From the NCBI GenBank assembly GCA_937924685.1, contig CALEVN010000027.1, positions 60,205 through 124,204 of the forward strand: 64,000 nucleotides of DNA, given 5' to 3'. Made by a program: the position numbers and the translations under genes. Source of the DNA: an uncultured Candidatus Altimarinota bacterium (GTDB taxonomy: Bacteria; Patescibacteriota; Gracilibacteria; BD1-5; JAGOOR01). This document shows positions 45,852 through 55,232 of this stretch, piece after piece (position 1 is the first letter of the stretch; every line of letters begins with the position of its first letter). The notes below the pieces were generated by a model that was not told where the DNA came from, did no database searches, and saw only the letters and a program-made list of their open reading frames with translations.

Positions 45852-46484
45852 ATGATACACACCGCTATTTATCCCTCTCTTTTAGCACTCGCTGAGAGAA
45901 AACAAGACTGGAACTCTGAAATCAAGCGAGTTGCGCCTATTGCCTCAGGTATTCACTATGATATAGGTGATTGAGAGCTTGTGCCTTCTTACATGCTTGA
46001 TCCGAGCGATATTGGCCTTATTGATTCAGTTCTTCCTGTTGATGTCCATATTATGGTGATGAAACCATCTGAATATATACCAAAACTCCTGACATTCTCA
46101 TCGGTATCGGCTATCGCCTTCCATGTTGAGTGTAGTGAGGACATCCATGAGACAATTCAATGACTCAAAAATGCTGGGAAAAAAGTCTGACTTGCCATAC
46201 TTGATACGACTCCTGCTGACCATCTCGATCCCTATATCCTTGAAATCGATTATGTTATTGTTATGACTGTGAAGGCTGGCTACTCAGGTAATCCATTTAT
46301 ACCAGAAATGCTCTTAAAAATAGAACAAATTCATCACAAAAGACCAGAATTATCTATCATTGTTGATGGGGGAATAGGGGAAAGTACTCTTCCCCTCTGT
46401 ACTCATGCTGGTGCTGTTGGTGCAGTCATGGGGTCTGCTATATTTTCATGAAAAAATATAGATTGGCTTCCTAAAAAATCCTAA
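45852..46484 (+). CDS. rpe: ribulose-phosphate 3-epimerase
   Basis: IYPSLLA......HYDIGD-G-ELVP (DVMDG.FVP pattern), PVDVHIMV, AFHVE, K-G-LAI, VMTVKAGYSG, IIVDGGI. Fragments 45981 and 46263 are in frame with ATG 45852. TAA at 46482. Confidence 0.9.
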
Positions 46485-46554
46485 GATTTGAAGGGCTTGA
46501 CAAATAGATTTTCGCAATAACCTTTGCGCGAATTTATTTTTTAAGCTAATTTTT

Positions 46555-47550
46555 ATGCGTCACTCTCAATTATTAGGCCGTGCTTCAGCCATAGATGAGT
46601 CCTCCCAATATAACAGTATATCTTCTGTTCTGCAGCGATGTAGGAATTTTGTTTGAGCTTTATTGCTATCAGCAGCTTCTCTTTCCTTTGCTCAAGAAAA
46701 GCCACATACGCTTGCTGAAGATATAAATTTTTCTAATACTTCAGGTGAACATAGTGTTTTACCTTCTGAACCAAGTCCAAATACGGTTTGGCATAAATCC
46801 CTCGATGCAGATATTTCATTGCGCCATGTGGGTACTCGTTGAGAGGTGGATGAGGGGCTCTACGGCTCTGTTGGCGCTCACTGGTGAGCAAATAATTATT
46901 CTCTCGCTGCGCACTATGTCAGTAATTTATCTCGGAATACACCTTTTGAGTGACACGCTATAAAAAATGAAATGGAATTTAGGTGACTTTTCTTGCACCA
47001 GCTCAATCCCAAGACTCAATTACAATGGTGAGTTTGGGCTTTCACAGAACAACCCCTGAAAAATACTCACGAAGCATCTGCTCATACCACAAATACACAT
47101 GATGAAGCGCATGATTCTCACGGTTCTCATGTCTCAGATAAAACAAAGAAAGAAGAAAATAATACTCATGATGCAGATAATCATAAAAGACTTACTATTA
47201 TCGCTCCGACCATTGGATTACAGCATGTTTTTTCTGATAAGCTACGGTTACTGCTCACCAGTTCTGCTGGTCTTGATATGACATGATGATTTCATTCATT
47301 TTCTAGTGCGGAAATCCTCGGAAACCTCCTCCGAACGGAGAGATTTAGTCTCATTTATAATGTTGGAGTTAATCATGCGGCAAAAATTGGTACTTCCTTT
47401 GAATGAAGTACGGGTGTTGTCTTTACTAATGAGGAAAATACCTGAAGATTTTTCTTTGTTGGTGATATAAATCATAATTTAGGGACTGATAAAACAGTAT
47501 TTTGATTGCGCACAGGTTTCAGCTTCAATTTAGGAGGTAAACATCATTAA
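46555..47550 (+). CDS. hypothetical secreted 331-aa protein, beta-strand-like alternating pattern, with a His-rich insertion
   Basis: ATG 46555 to TAA 47548. All 332 codons were checked: 11 TGAs, no TAA/TAG. Signal-like ALLLSAASLSFAQE. His-rich insertion HEASAHTTNTHDEAHDSHGSHV...NNTHDADNH. The C-terminus RFFFVGDINHNLGTDKTVF-G-LRTGFSFNLGGKHH has an alternating hydrophobic pattern. Invisible in the track. Confidence 0.55.
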
Positions 47551-47573
47551 TAATTTATTTTTAACTTTTTTAT

Positions 47574-47852
47574 ATGTGAATTAAACATTATCAATCTCAA
47601 ACTGGAGACACTTGACGAGACATTCTTGCGGCGGTTGTATTTTTATGAGACCTTATATGAGTTCGAAGGGCAACAATTCTTGCTCTTCTCGCAGGTGGTC
47701 TTGTAATGGGTGAAGTGACAGGAGTGAGTAATACGATTCGTCAACAGACATCGAATTTGCTTATGACTCCTCCAGATCAAGGAGGAGCTCTTCAGTCTTT
47801 TCATTATCATCTCAGAACGGTTTGCCATCCAGATGGAGAAAACATGCAATAG
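47574..47852 (+). CDS. possible small (92 aa) protein with a hydrophobic RR-containing segment
   Basis: ATG 47574 to TAG 47850 with 4 TGAs. Contains VRRATILALLAGGLVMG. Short, and convergent with polA. Weak evidence. Confidence 0.25.
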
Positions 47853-47855
47853 TTT

Positions 47856-49235
47856 TTATTTTTTTGCCTCGAGCCAGTTTTTTCCGACACCTACTTCGAT
47901 AGCCATTGGTATATCCCAGTTTACTATATGCTCCATAACATCATGAAGTATTTTTTTAATTGTGCCTGTCTCATTATCAGGGCATTCGATGACAAGTTCA
48001 TCATGGACTTGCATGAGGAGCTGTGCTTCTAGATTTTTTGTTTTGAGCTCTTCTGATATTTTCACCATTGCATGCTTGAGGATATCTGCACAGGTTCACT
48101 GAATTGGCATGTTCATTGCTTCACGTTTTGCTTGCTCTCGAACAATAGAATTTTTATCAGAGAGCCCTTTAATGGTTCTTCTTCGACCAAAAAATGTCTC
48201 TGCATAGCCTACTTTTTGTGTTTCACTGACAATATGGTCAAAATATTCTCTCGTCGCAGGGTAGAGTCCAAAAAATCTATCGATATAGACAGCACACTCT
48301 GCTGGAGCTTTGCTGAGCATCTTTGAGAGTCCAAATGGTGTTATGCCGTACATGACACCAAAATTCACGGTCTTTGCCATGCTTCGTTCGGCTTTTGAGA
48401 TGTCATCTTTACCAAAGAGAACCTTAGCTGTCTCCATGTGGAGATCTTTATTTTCTTTCAGTGTTGAGAGCATTTTTTCATCTCCAGAGAGACAGGCGAG
48501 AATCCTAATCTCAATCTGTGAATAATCTGCTACAACATATGACCAATCTGATCGCTCGGGACGAAATGCTTTTTTTATTTCATCACTCCAAGGATCGCCT
48601 GCAGGGATATTTTGGAGATTTGGATCATTGGAACTCATTCGTCCAGTACTTGCGCCGAGTGTATCATAACTACTATGGATGCGGCCAGTAGAAGGATTTA
48701 TATATTTTAGGAGACCTCGAACATACGTTCCGAGGAGTTTACTGGCATGTCTGTGAGTGAGGATATCACGACATATTTCATGTTCTTCTGCGAGTGCACT
48801 GAGAGTTTCTTCATCGACGCTCCACCCTGTTTTTGTCTTCTTCAGTGGTTTGATTTTCATTGTTTCAAAGAGGAGTTTCTGGAGCTGAAGAGGAGAGGCG
48901 AGATTGACCGAAGCATCTCCGGTCTCTTTGGCCACCTTTGATTCGATGTTTTGAATGCTTTTTATGAGCTCTTGTTCTAGATCTCCAAGAATAGATTTTT
49001 CCACATAAACACCGTAGACTTCCATCTGTGCTAAAATCTGAGATACACGCGATTCTAATTCAAGTATAGGGTGTTTAATCTGTTGATTTTCGATAGACCA
49101 CATAGATGCTGCCATCGTTGCGGTACTTGTTGTATCTATGGTATATTCTGTTGCTTGTTCAAAAAAATTTCCGTACGATCCATTGCGCAGATGAGGCTGA
49201 AAAAGATGGTTTTCTATACGAAAATCGCGAATCAT
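47856..49235 (-). CDS. polA: DNA polymerase I, polymerase domain only (459 aa; no 5'-nuclease or 3'-5' exonuclease domain)
   Basis: Fragments 48096..49235 and 47856..48068 are joined at MPIQ-G-TCADILK (PIQGTAADI motif; TGA 48096). Also DYSQIEIRILA, RSMAKTVNFGVMYG and QVHDELV. An in-frame TAG at 49257..59 prevents any N-terminal extension. Confidence 0.88.
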
Positions 49236-49242
49236 AGGAGTA

Positions 49243-49473
49243 TTATTTACTTCCTGCTATTTCCTCAAACATAGCATCGAGTTCTTTTGTTGTCTCTTTT
49301 GTTTCTACTGTTGCTGTTGATCTTTGTGCTTTGTGTGCTGGTTTAGTTGGAATGTTTTTATCAGATGTTTTTGTCTCACTACTTACCACTGCTGGTAAGT
49401 CTTTTGTTTCTGTAACTTTTGTGCCACAAGAGATGAGTAAGAGTGGTAACAGGAGTAGGATAATTTTGTTCAT
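49243..49473 (-). CDS. small lipoprotein
   Basis: MNKIILLLLPLLLISCGTK is a signal peptide with an L-I-S-C lipobox. The alternative GTG start at 49509 would add 12 aa. TAA at 49243, 7 nt before the polA ATG. Confidence 0.55.
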   Translation of the reverse strand: MNKIILLLLPLLLISCGTKVTETKDLPAVVSSETKTSDKNIPTKPAHKAQRSTATVETKETTKELDAMFEEIAGSK

Positions 49474-49524
49474 AAGCAAAAGGCTGCTTTTGAGTATACT
49501 TTTTTTCACAAAAATTCAAAAAAT

Positions 49525-49552
49525 TTTGCACAATTCTCCTTTTCCCTATAAT
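49525..49552 (+). promoter_or_regulatory. putative tRNA promoter
   Basis: TTTGCA/TTGCAC (49525..31), 15-16 nt spacer, TATAAT (49547..52). It lies about 25 nt upstream of the tRNA 5' end. Confidence 0.5.
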
Positions 49553-49576
49553 CACGCCTAGCTGTACGAAAAATAT

Positions 49577-49652
49577 GCACTCGTAGCTCAGCTGGAAGAG
49601 TACCGGTCTTCGAAACCGAGGGTCGCAGGTTCGAGCCCTGCCGAGTGCACCA
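49577..49652 (+). tRNA. tRNA-Arg, anticodon UCG, with encoded CCA
   Basis: Hand-folded. Acceptor GCACTCG/CGAGTGC (7 bp). D arm GCTC-AGCTGGAA-GAGT. Anticodon arm CCGGT-CTTCGAA-ACCGA with TCG at positions 34-36. 5-nt variable loop. T arm GCAGG-TTCGAGC-CCTGC. Discriminator A, then CCA. 76 nt. Confidence 0.9.
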
Positions 49653-49658
49653 TATAAA
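49636..49658 (+). repeat. copy 1 of a 23-bp perfect direct repeat (tRNA 3' end plus 6 nt)
   Basis: ccctgccgagtgcaccatataaa. Covers the T-stem 3' strand, the acceptor 3' strand, ACCA and tataaa. Confidence 0.9.
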
Positions 49659-49721
49659 ACTTAAAATGTCAGTGTTCGAACCCTAAAGGGTTGACTCACT
49701 TTGCCATTCAAGGCAAAGTTC

Positions 49722-49744
49722 CCCTGCCGAGTGCACCATATAAA
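49722..49744 (+). repeat. copy 2 of the 23-bp direct repeat, 86 bp downstream of copy 1
   Basis: Identical ccctgccgagtgcaccatataaa. The spacer also holds a degenerate T-loop copy (gtgttcgaaccct vs ggttcgagccct) and a 7-bp hairpin ctttgcc-attcaa-ggcaaag. Confidence 0.9.
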
Positions 49745-49759
49745 CATACTCGTTTTGAA

Positions 49760-49785
49760 ACAACCCCGGAGGGTTGTTTTATTTT
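49760..49785 (+). terminator. rho-independent terminator downstream of the tRNA and repeat
   Basis: Stem acaaccc / gggttgt, loop cgga, followed by tttattttattt. Confidence 0.65.
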
Positions 49786-50155
49786 ATTTAAAAGGATCGT
49801 AAGGTATATTCGTCGGAGTAGTCGTATGTGGTATGTCTCCTATATTCAATGTTTGAACTGAAGGCGTCGATATACCTACTGCATCAGAAATGAGCTCTCC
49901 CGCAGTTCCTTGCGGACCGCTGTTTGCACCGGTTACATCTGGACGTTCACCGACATTTTCGCCTGGTTTTGATGAGACATCTGGTTGTTTTATAGTTTTT
50001 AGTTCTCATTTAAGAACTGCTAACTGATCGCGCACACCTTGTAAGAGTTTTTCTATATAATTTTTCCCCGTCTCTGTAGGAGTTGTTTCATCTGGTCGCT
50101 TAATTGTGTCAGGAATTTTTGTATCAACTGAGCCATTGGGTCATTCAGTATACAT
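49784..50155 (-). CDS. hypothetical 123-aa Pro/Thr-rich protein carrying a conserved C-terminal tail module
   Basis: ATG 50155 to TAA 49784, with 2 TGAs. The last ~60 aa (KPGENVGERPDVTGANSGPQGTAGEL...IPHTTTPTNIPYDPFK) are paralogous to the C-terminus of the 951-aa protein at 55233..58088. TTGCAA (50204..199), 17-nt spacer, TAAACT lies upstream. Confidence 0.55.
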
Positions 50156-50247
50156 AAATATGAGATTACATATACAGTTTATCATACTATTCTTTTCGTT
50201 GCAATACTTTAGTTATTATCTCCATTTCTCAGTATTTTGGCCCTAAT

Positions 50248-51714
50248 TTATTTATTTACAGACTTGATTCATCTTCCTCTCGGCTTTTCTCCAGTGTGAA
50301 GCACTGCTTCAGAATGGAGTAATCGTCCAGCTTCTCGTGAGTCTCGAACTTTTGGAGCACTTTGTTCGATCATTTCAGACTCAAATTTTTCGAGTACAGT
50401 TTTTCTGAGTCACTTCTTTTGCCACTCGGATCCAGGTTTGCACTCGGAGTAAATTATGCGAGATAACGCTAGGGCATCTAGGAGTGCTCGATTTGCACCT
50501 TGTCACTTAAATGGACTCATAGGGTGAGCTGCATCACCTATGAGTGTCGCATTGCCTGCGTGCCGGAAGTGTTCTGTTGTCATTATTTCTCTATCGTAGA
50601 CTGGATATCATGTTATTTTTGAAGAAGGGGTATGAGCTAAAATTTGTGGAATTGGATCGTGCCATGGGGCTCGATGAATTGCCTCTTCTCTGAGCGCATC
50701 TGATCATTTTGTGCTGAGCGAACGTGCTTCATCTTCTGTCATTGCGAAGCTCATCTGCCACATAATAGCATCGTGCGAATACGGCATGATATATATTCGT
50801 TCGTGACCGTTTACTGTCTGAAATATAGTTTTTCCGTCTAATAAATCACTTTTGGTATCGATAAGATCGTTTAAAGCACAGATTCCTAAAATCACAATAA
50901 AACCAGTGTATTGGAGCGGAATATTGTCTTCTTTTATGATGTGTTTTCGTACGATACTCCGAATACCGTCAGCTCCTACCACGAGATCGGTTTGAGCTTT
51001 TTCTTTTTTTTCGCCTACTTGGAAAATGAGATTTATGCGCCCATTATTATCCTCTGAAAGATCTATCAATTGATGTCACCACTGTATTCCATTATGTATG
51101 CCCGGCTCTTCTAATAATTGCATTCTGAGAGATTGGCGAGAGATGTGTATATTTTTCTGTTTTAGACTTTCATCGTTACTTGTTTCTTTTTTCTTTCACC
51201 ATTCACCAATGAGCTTTCCATCTGTTGTATAAACAAGATGCCTCGTTGTTCGCACTTCATCTCTGAGTCAAAAAATACCGAAGCTCTCCATTGCCTTACC
51301 TGCTTGCTGAAGAGTTAATCCATATCACTGAGATCGAGCGTCAAAACTCTTATCTCTTTCGTACAAAGTAAATGGTATCCCTCGATGACAACAAGCAACC
51401 GCGAGAGCTACTCCACCTATTCCGCCACCAATAATAGCTACATGAGGATAGTTGGTGTTGATTGATGGAGGATTTTCAGAATGTATGAGTCCAGACCCTC
51501 AGCAATAATCGCATGTATTGATATGTCCTTGTGGTTGAATTGGCAGCGGTCATATATTTCATGATTTTTCATAGATCATTAATGCTTTTTTGTACCATTG
51601 TTGTGCTTTTCTCCCGGGCTTCTGTCTTTTTCTACCAACTCCATCACACTTCGGACAGATTTTCCAGTTGTGAGATCGGGCAGTATCTATATTTCATATT
51701 TCTGTTGGAGACAT
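50248..51714 (-). CDS. FAD-dependent monooxygenase (UbiH/salicylate-hydroxylase class) with an N-terminal pair of DnaJ-type CxxCxGxG zinc-finger motifs
   Basis: VAIIGGGIGGVALA Rossmann motif, VGADGIRSIVR, GDAAHPMSPFK-G-QGANRALLDA (TGA 50503). Track ORF 50704..51069 was extended both ways, and 51714..50248 was hand-translated. The N-terminus has CPKCDGVG (51657..51634) and CDYC-G-GSG (51513..51490). TAA at 50248. Confidence 0.85.
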
Positions 51715-51812
51715 AATATCGGTGTAAGGTGGAGAGCTATTTTTATTGTAGGTAAAAATTATGAAATCAAATATTCTATTTCTATCGTCCTGCTTCTGAT
51801 TAGAATATAACC

Positions 51813-52382
51813 ATGGGATATATTCAACTTCGAAACTACGCAGAATGGTATTATACCAAGTATTTTCCTTCCAGAAAAATGCTTTATGAGAAACTTCTTT
51901 TTCATTCTGAAGAAGAGGATCTGGTTGAGAGAGTGATGGCCGATTTATCGAGCCTTATCGTCGAAGATAAAGTTATAGAAAGTCGCATTCATACGTATTT
52001 ATCTCTCGGGAAAACTGCTCGATATATTCGTACGAAACTTGCACAGAAAAAATTTGATATGGCTCTTGTTGATCAATTTTTATCTGAGAAAAATGATATC
52101 ATAAAAAACCCAGAGACTTACCGTCCCATTATGGAACGACATGTGCAAAAATGAGCTACAAAATGACTCTCAAAAAAAGCACTTTCTTATGAACTTTCCA
52201 TGATATATCCAGATGCTCGTGATATCATAGGGGAACTCCTCTCTGAGTATGATGATCGCGAGTTACTGCAAAAAAAAGCTCCTGAGTTACTCAAAAAGTA
52301 TTCTCAGGAGCAAGTTGTCTGAAAGCTTTTGAAGAAAGGCTTTCATGTTGGTGATATTTATACTGTTTTACGACGTCGGTAG
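51813..52382 (+). CDS. recX: RecX-family regulatory protein
   Basis: 189 aa, all-helical repeat pattern. The ending ...KLLKKGFHVGDIYTVLRR resembles the RecX L..KGF....I C-terminus. Track ORF 51813..52154 was extended through 3 TGAs to TAG 52380. TAGAAT lies 6 nt before the ATG. Confidence 0.7.
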
Positions 52383-55222
52383 GTAATATAAGCACCCATA
52401 CCAATAGCTGCGAAGATAAGGATAGGTAAGAATGGTCCTGTTCTAATTTCTGTCATAACATCGACCTGTATGGTTGTATTACAACCATTTTCTCCTCCGT
52501 CACCAAGGTAACATGTAGCATCATATACGCCTCGCTCAGGGAGTGTCATGGCTGAATCACAGTCATAGACTGTTTTCCAGAGCTGACCATCTTTATTGAT
52601 CTTTATCATACACTGTTGTGAGCCAGTCGATGATCGACAAGAGAGATTTGTGTAGAGGGGTGCTCCACCATATTGTGCACTACTCTGGAGCGTACAGACA
52701 CCTTCTGGTCTATTTTCTCGTATAGTGATATTTCTCTGACAATTTGGCTGTACTGTTCTGTCACCATCTCTGAGACAAACAACGGTGTAGGTTCCAGGAT
52801 TCGCACTAAAAGTGAATTGCCCATTTGGATTTTGAAGAGTATTCATAACCTGCCCATTTTGCATGAGGAACATGCGATAACCGCCATATGGAGAACAGGT
52901 AACATTTGTTTGATTCCCGTTTTGTGCTATCTGTATGTTGTCACATGTCGCTGATGGAGGATTATTTCCGAAGTAAATACGTGTGGTATCACAGGCATTG
53001 ACGGTATTACCAGAAGTTGTTCCTCGTCCACTCGTACAAACGCGATTTTCATTATTTGGGAAAGTGTTTTGATCAGCCCCTGGTCTATTACATACGTAAC
53101 TAAAACTCTCTCCTGGATCGAGACGTCCATCATGATTTCCAGCCGAAAATATCATATTAACTGTCTCACTCGCATTTCTATTACATTCTGGAGCAAATTG
53201 ATCACTGAGAGTGATGTTATCAAGTGGCTCCGGTCCTGGGTTTCGTACGAGCACGCTGAATTGTGCTAGTCAGCCCATCTGGATTTGCTGTTGATCGTCA
53301 TGATTATCATTATCATCTTTCACCACTTCGATACGTGGATAAGTAACTTCTGGAGTAATTGTGACACTTTTCTGACAGCTCTGAGATGTGATATTATTAT
53401 TTACATAACAGACAAATGTATGTGTACCATTTCCTACTGTGACAGATCCAGTGGCGCTTGTATTTATCTGTGCTCCGTTGAGATTGATAGTGTAATTTGT
53501 GACATTACCACTTCCTGAACAAGCGTAATATACGGTATTCCCAGACTGTGTCAGTGTGAGATTATTACACGTTGTATTCGTGATATTTTGTATGAGCACT
53601 GGTGTAGGGTCGCTACTGTTTACTGGTGTATTTGATATATTACCTTGTGCATCTACTCGTGCTGTATTGGTATAGTTTGCCGTAGTATTACTCTTGTCAC
53701 ATGTATACTCGAAATACTCATTTGGTTGGAGCAGTGTATCATTGTGATTTCCTGATCCACCTAGGGTGAATCCGCTCCATGTGCTCGGTATAGAAGAGGG
53801 AAGAGTGACACTTCCTCCACAGTTTGGAGCGACACTATCGGTGAGTACGAGATTCTTTAAATCCTCTGTACCTGTATTTGTGACACGTATTTTAAATATT
53901 GCTGCATTTCCGCTTGCGACTGTCTGACTATCATTTCCACCTATGATACCATCGAGATCACTCGGATTTGCATCTCGTTTGTCTATGAGTATTTGTGGTG
54001 TCACGGTTGTACCACTATTGGTGATGTTTTTCGTACATTCTGAAAGCGCATATCATTGACCGTTGACGTAACAACGTGCTGTATATGTTCCTGTTGGGGT
54101 CGCCGGAATAGTGACAGATCCTGTCGCTGTAGAAAATGTCTGTAGCGCTGATCCATCAGGTTTTGTGAATGCGACACTGTAGCTCGTTACGTTATTTCCT
54201 GTACAACTATAGGTGACTGGTCCACCATCTGTTAACGAAAGAGGCGACACAGTAAGTCCAGTACAGACTGGTTCTGCTACGGTTGTGTTATTGACTGTTT
54301 TTTTACAAATATCTGGGGTTGATACTTGATTATTTACGTAACACTCAACATTGTATGTTCCTGTTGGGGCAGCTGGAAGCGTGAGAGAGCCGACTGCACT
54401 TGTCGCAGAAGCGATGATTGTACCACTTGGGTTTTTTGCGATGATTGAGTAATTTGTGACATTTGTACCAGTACAAGTATAGGTAATCATGCCTCCGTTG
54501 GTGAGCGTCGTAGGAGAGACTGTGAGGCCTGTACAGACTGGATTTACTGTTTCTGTTTGACATATATTGCTACATCCATCGCCAGAATTCATATTTCCAT
54601 CGTCACATTGCTCACCACGATCTGAATCGACTACTCCATCTCCACAGAATCTTACGTAATAAAAAACGCACTGTTTATGATCGAGGTAGCTTGTAGCTGA
54701 ATAATACAGTCTAGGAATATATTCTATTCTCATGGCTGGAGAATTACGAGTTGCTCCTGAAGTGACTCCTTGAGGTGAGAGCCAAGCACTTGGTTTGAAT
54801 TCTATCCAACGTACGGTAGCGCCAGGAACGAGTTTGTATCCTGAGCCAGAAGGTCATACACTAAAGTTTTCTCTTCCGTTTTCATAGGCAGAGGGAAATT
54901 GAAACATGCTTGATATGGCACCAGATTGAGACCACGAAACATTGCTCGTTTGCATTGTATAGAAATTAATCGAGCCTTCATGTCCATCATACATGACGAG
55001 ATTCGTATTGCCTGTATTTGTGACTGTATCGTATGCTCCAAGTATTGCTTGTTTTTGACATGTAGGGTTGTTGGGGTTACAAGTATAGAGGGCGCTTGTT
55101 TCCTTGAAACATTCATTACAAGAAGCCCCCATGCTACTACACGAAACGCTTTGAATCGCTCCAAAAGCAACACTTGTACCAAGTGATAAAGTAATCCAGA
55201 GAGGTAAGAAATATTTTTTCAT
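52358..55222 (-). CDS. 954-aa cell-surface adhesin-like protein: signal peptide, Cys-rich repeat, tandem Ig-like and DUF11-like domains, C-terminal sorting-signal-like anchor
   Basis: Fragments 54854..55249, 54053..54733, 53270..54004 and 52358..53254 share one frame and are joined through TGA (gaps translated). Signal MKKYFLPLWITLSLGTSVAFGA. CGDGVVDSDRGEQCDDGNMNSGDGCSNIC. Two ~85-aa repeats begin PVCTGLTVSP. C-terminus EIRTGPFLPILIFAAIGMGAYITYRRRKTV. TAA at 52358. Confidence 0.75.
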
Positions 55223-55232
55223 AAAAGAGATA

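Noticed and set aside
47533-47538. AGGAGG at 47533..47538 could be a Shine-Dalgarno sequence for the small ORF at 47574.
   Set aside because: It lies inside the last codons of CDS 46555..47550 and 35 nt from the ATG, too far to act as an SD. No other gene start I inspected has such a motif.
49577-49652. tRNA(UCG) could be evidence for the CGA/CGG-to-Trp reassignment reported in some Absconditabacterales.
   Set aside because: To my eye the tRNA looks like an ordinary Arg-type tRNA (its 5' third resembles bacterial tRNA-Arg and the discriminator is A). CGA also occurs at conserved Arg positions in this window, for example DnaE L-Y-R(cga)-P-G-P. A formal codon-usage test is still advisable.
49659-49721. 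The spacer between the tRNA 3'-end repeats could be a second, unusual tRNA. Its hairpin loop contains TCA, which is tempting as the UGA-decoding tRNA-Gly(UCA).
   Set aside because: There is no 5' acceptor strand complementary to CGAGTGC within 80 nt upstream of copy 2. The hairpin loop is 6 nt, or 8 nt if one pair is opened, not the canonical 7. There is no D arm. It does not fold as a tRNA.
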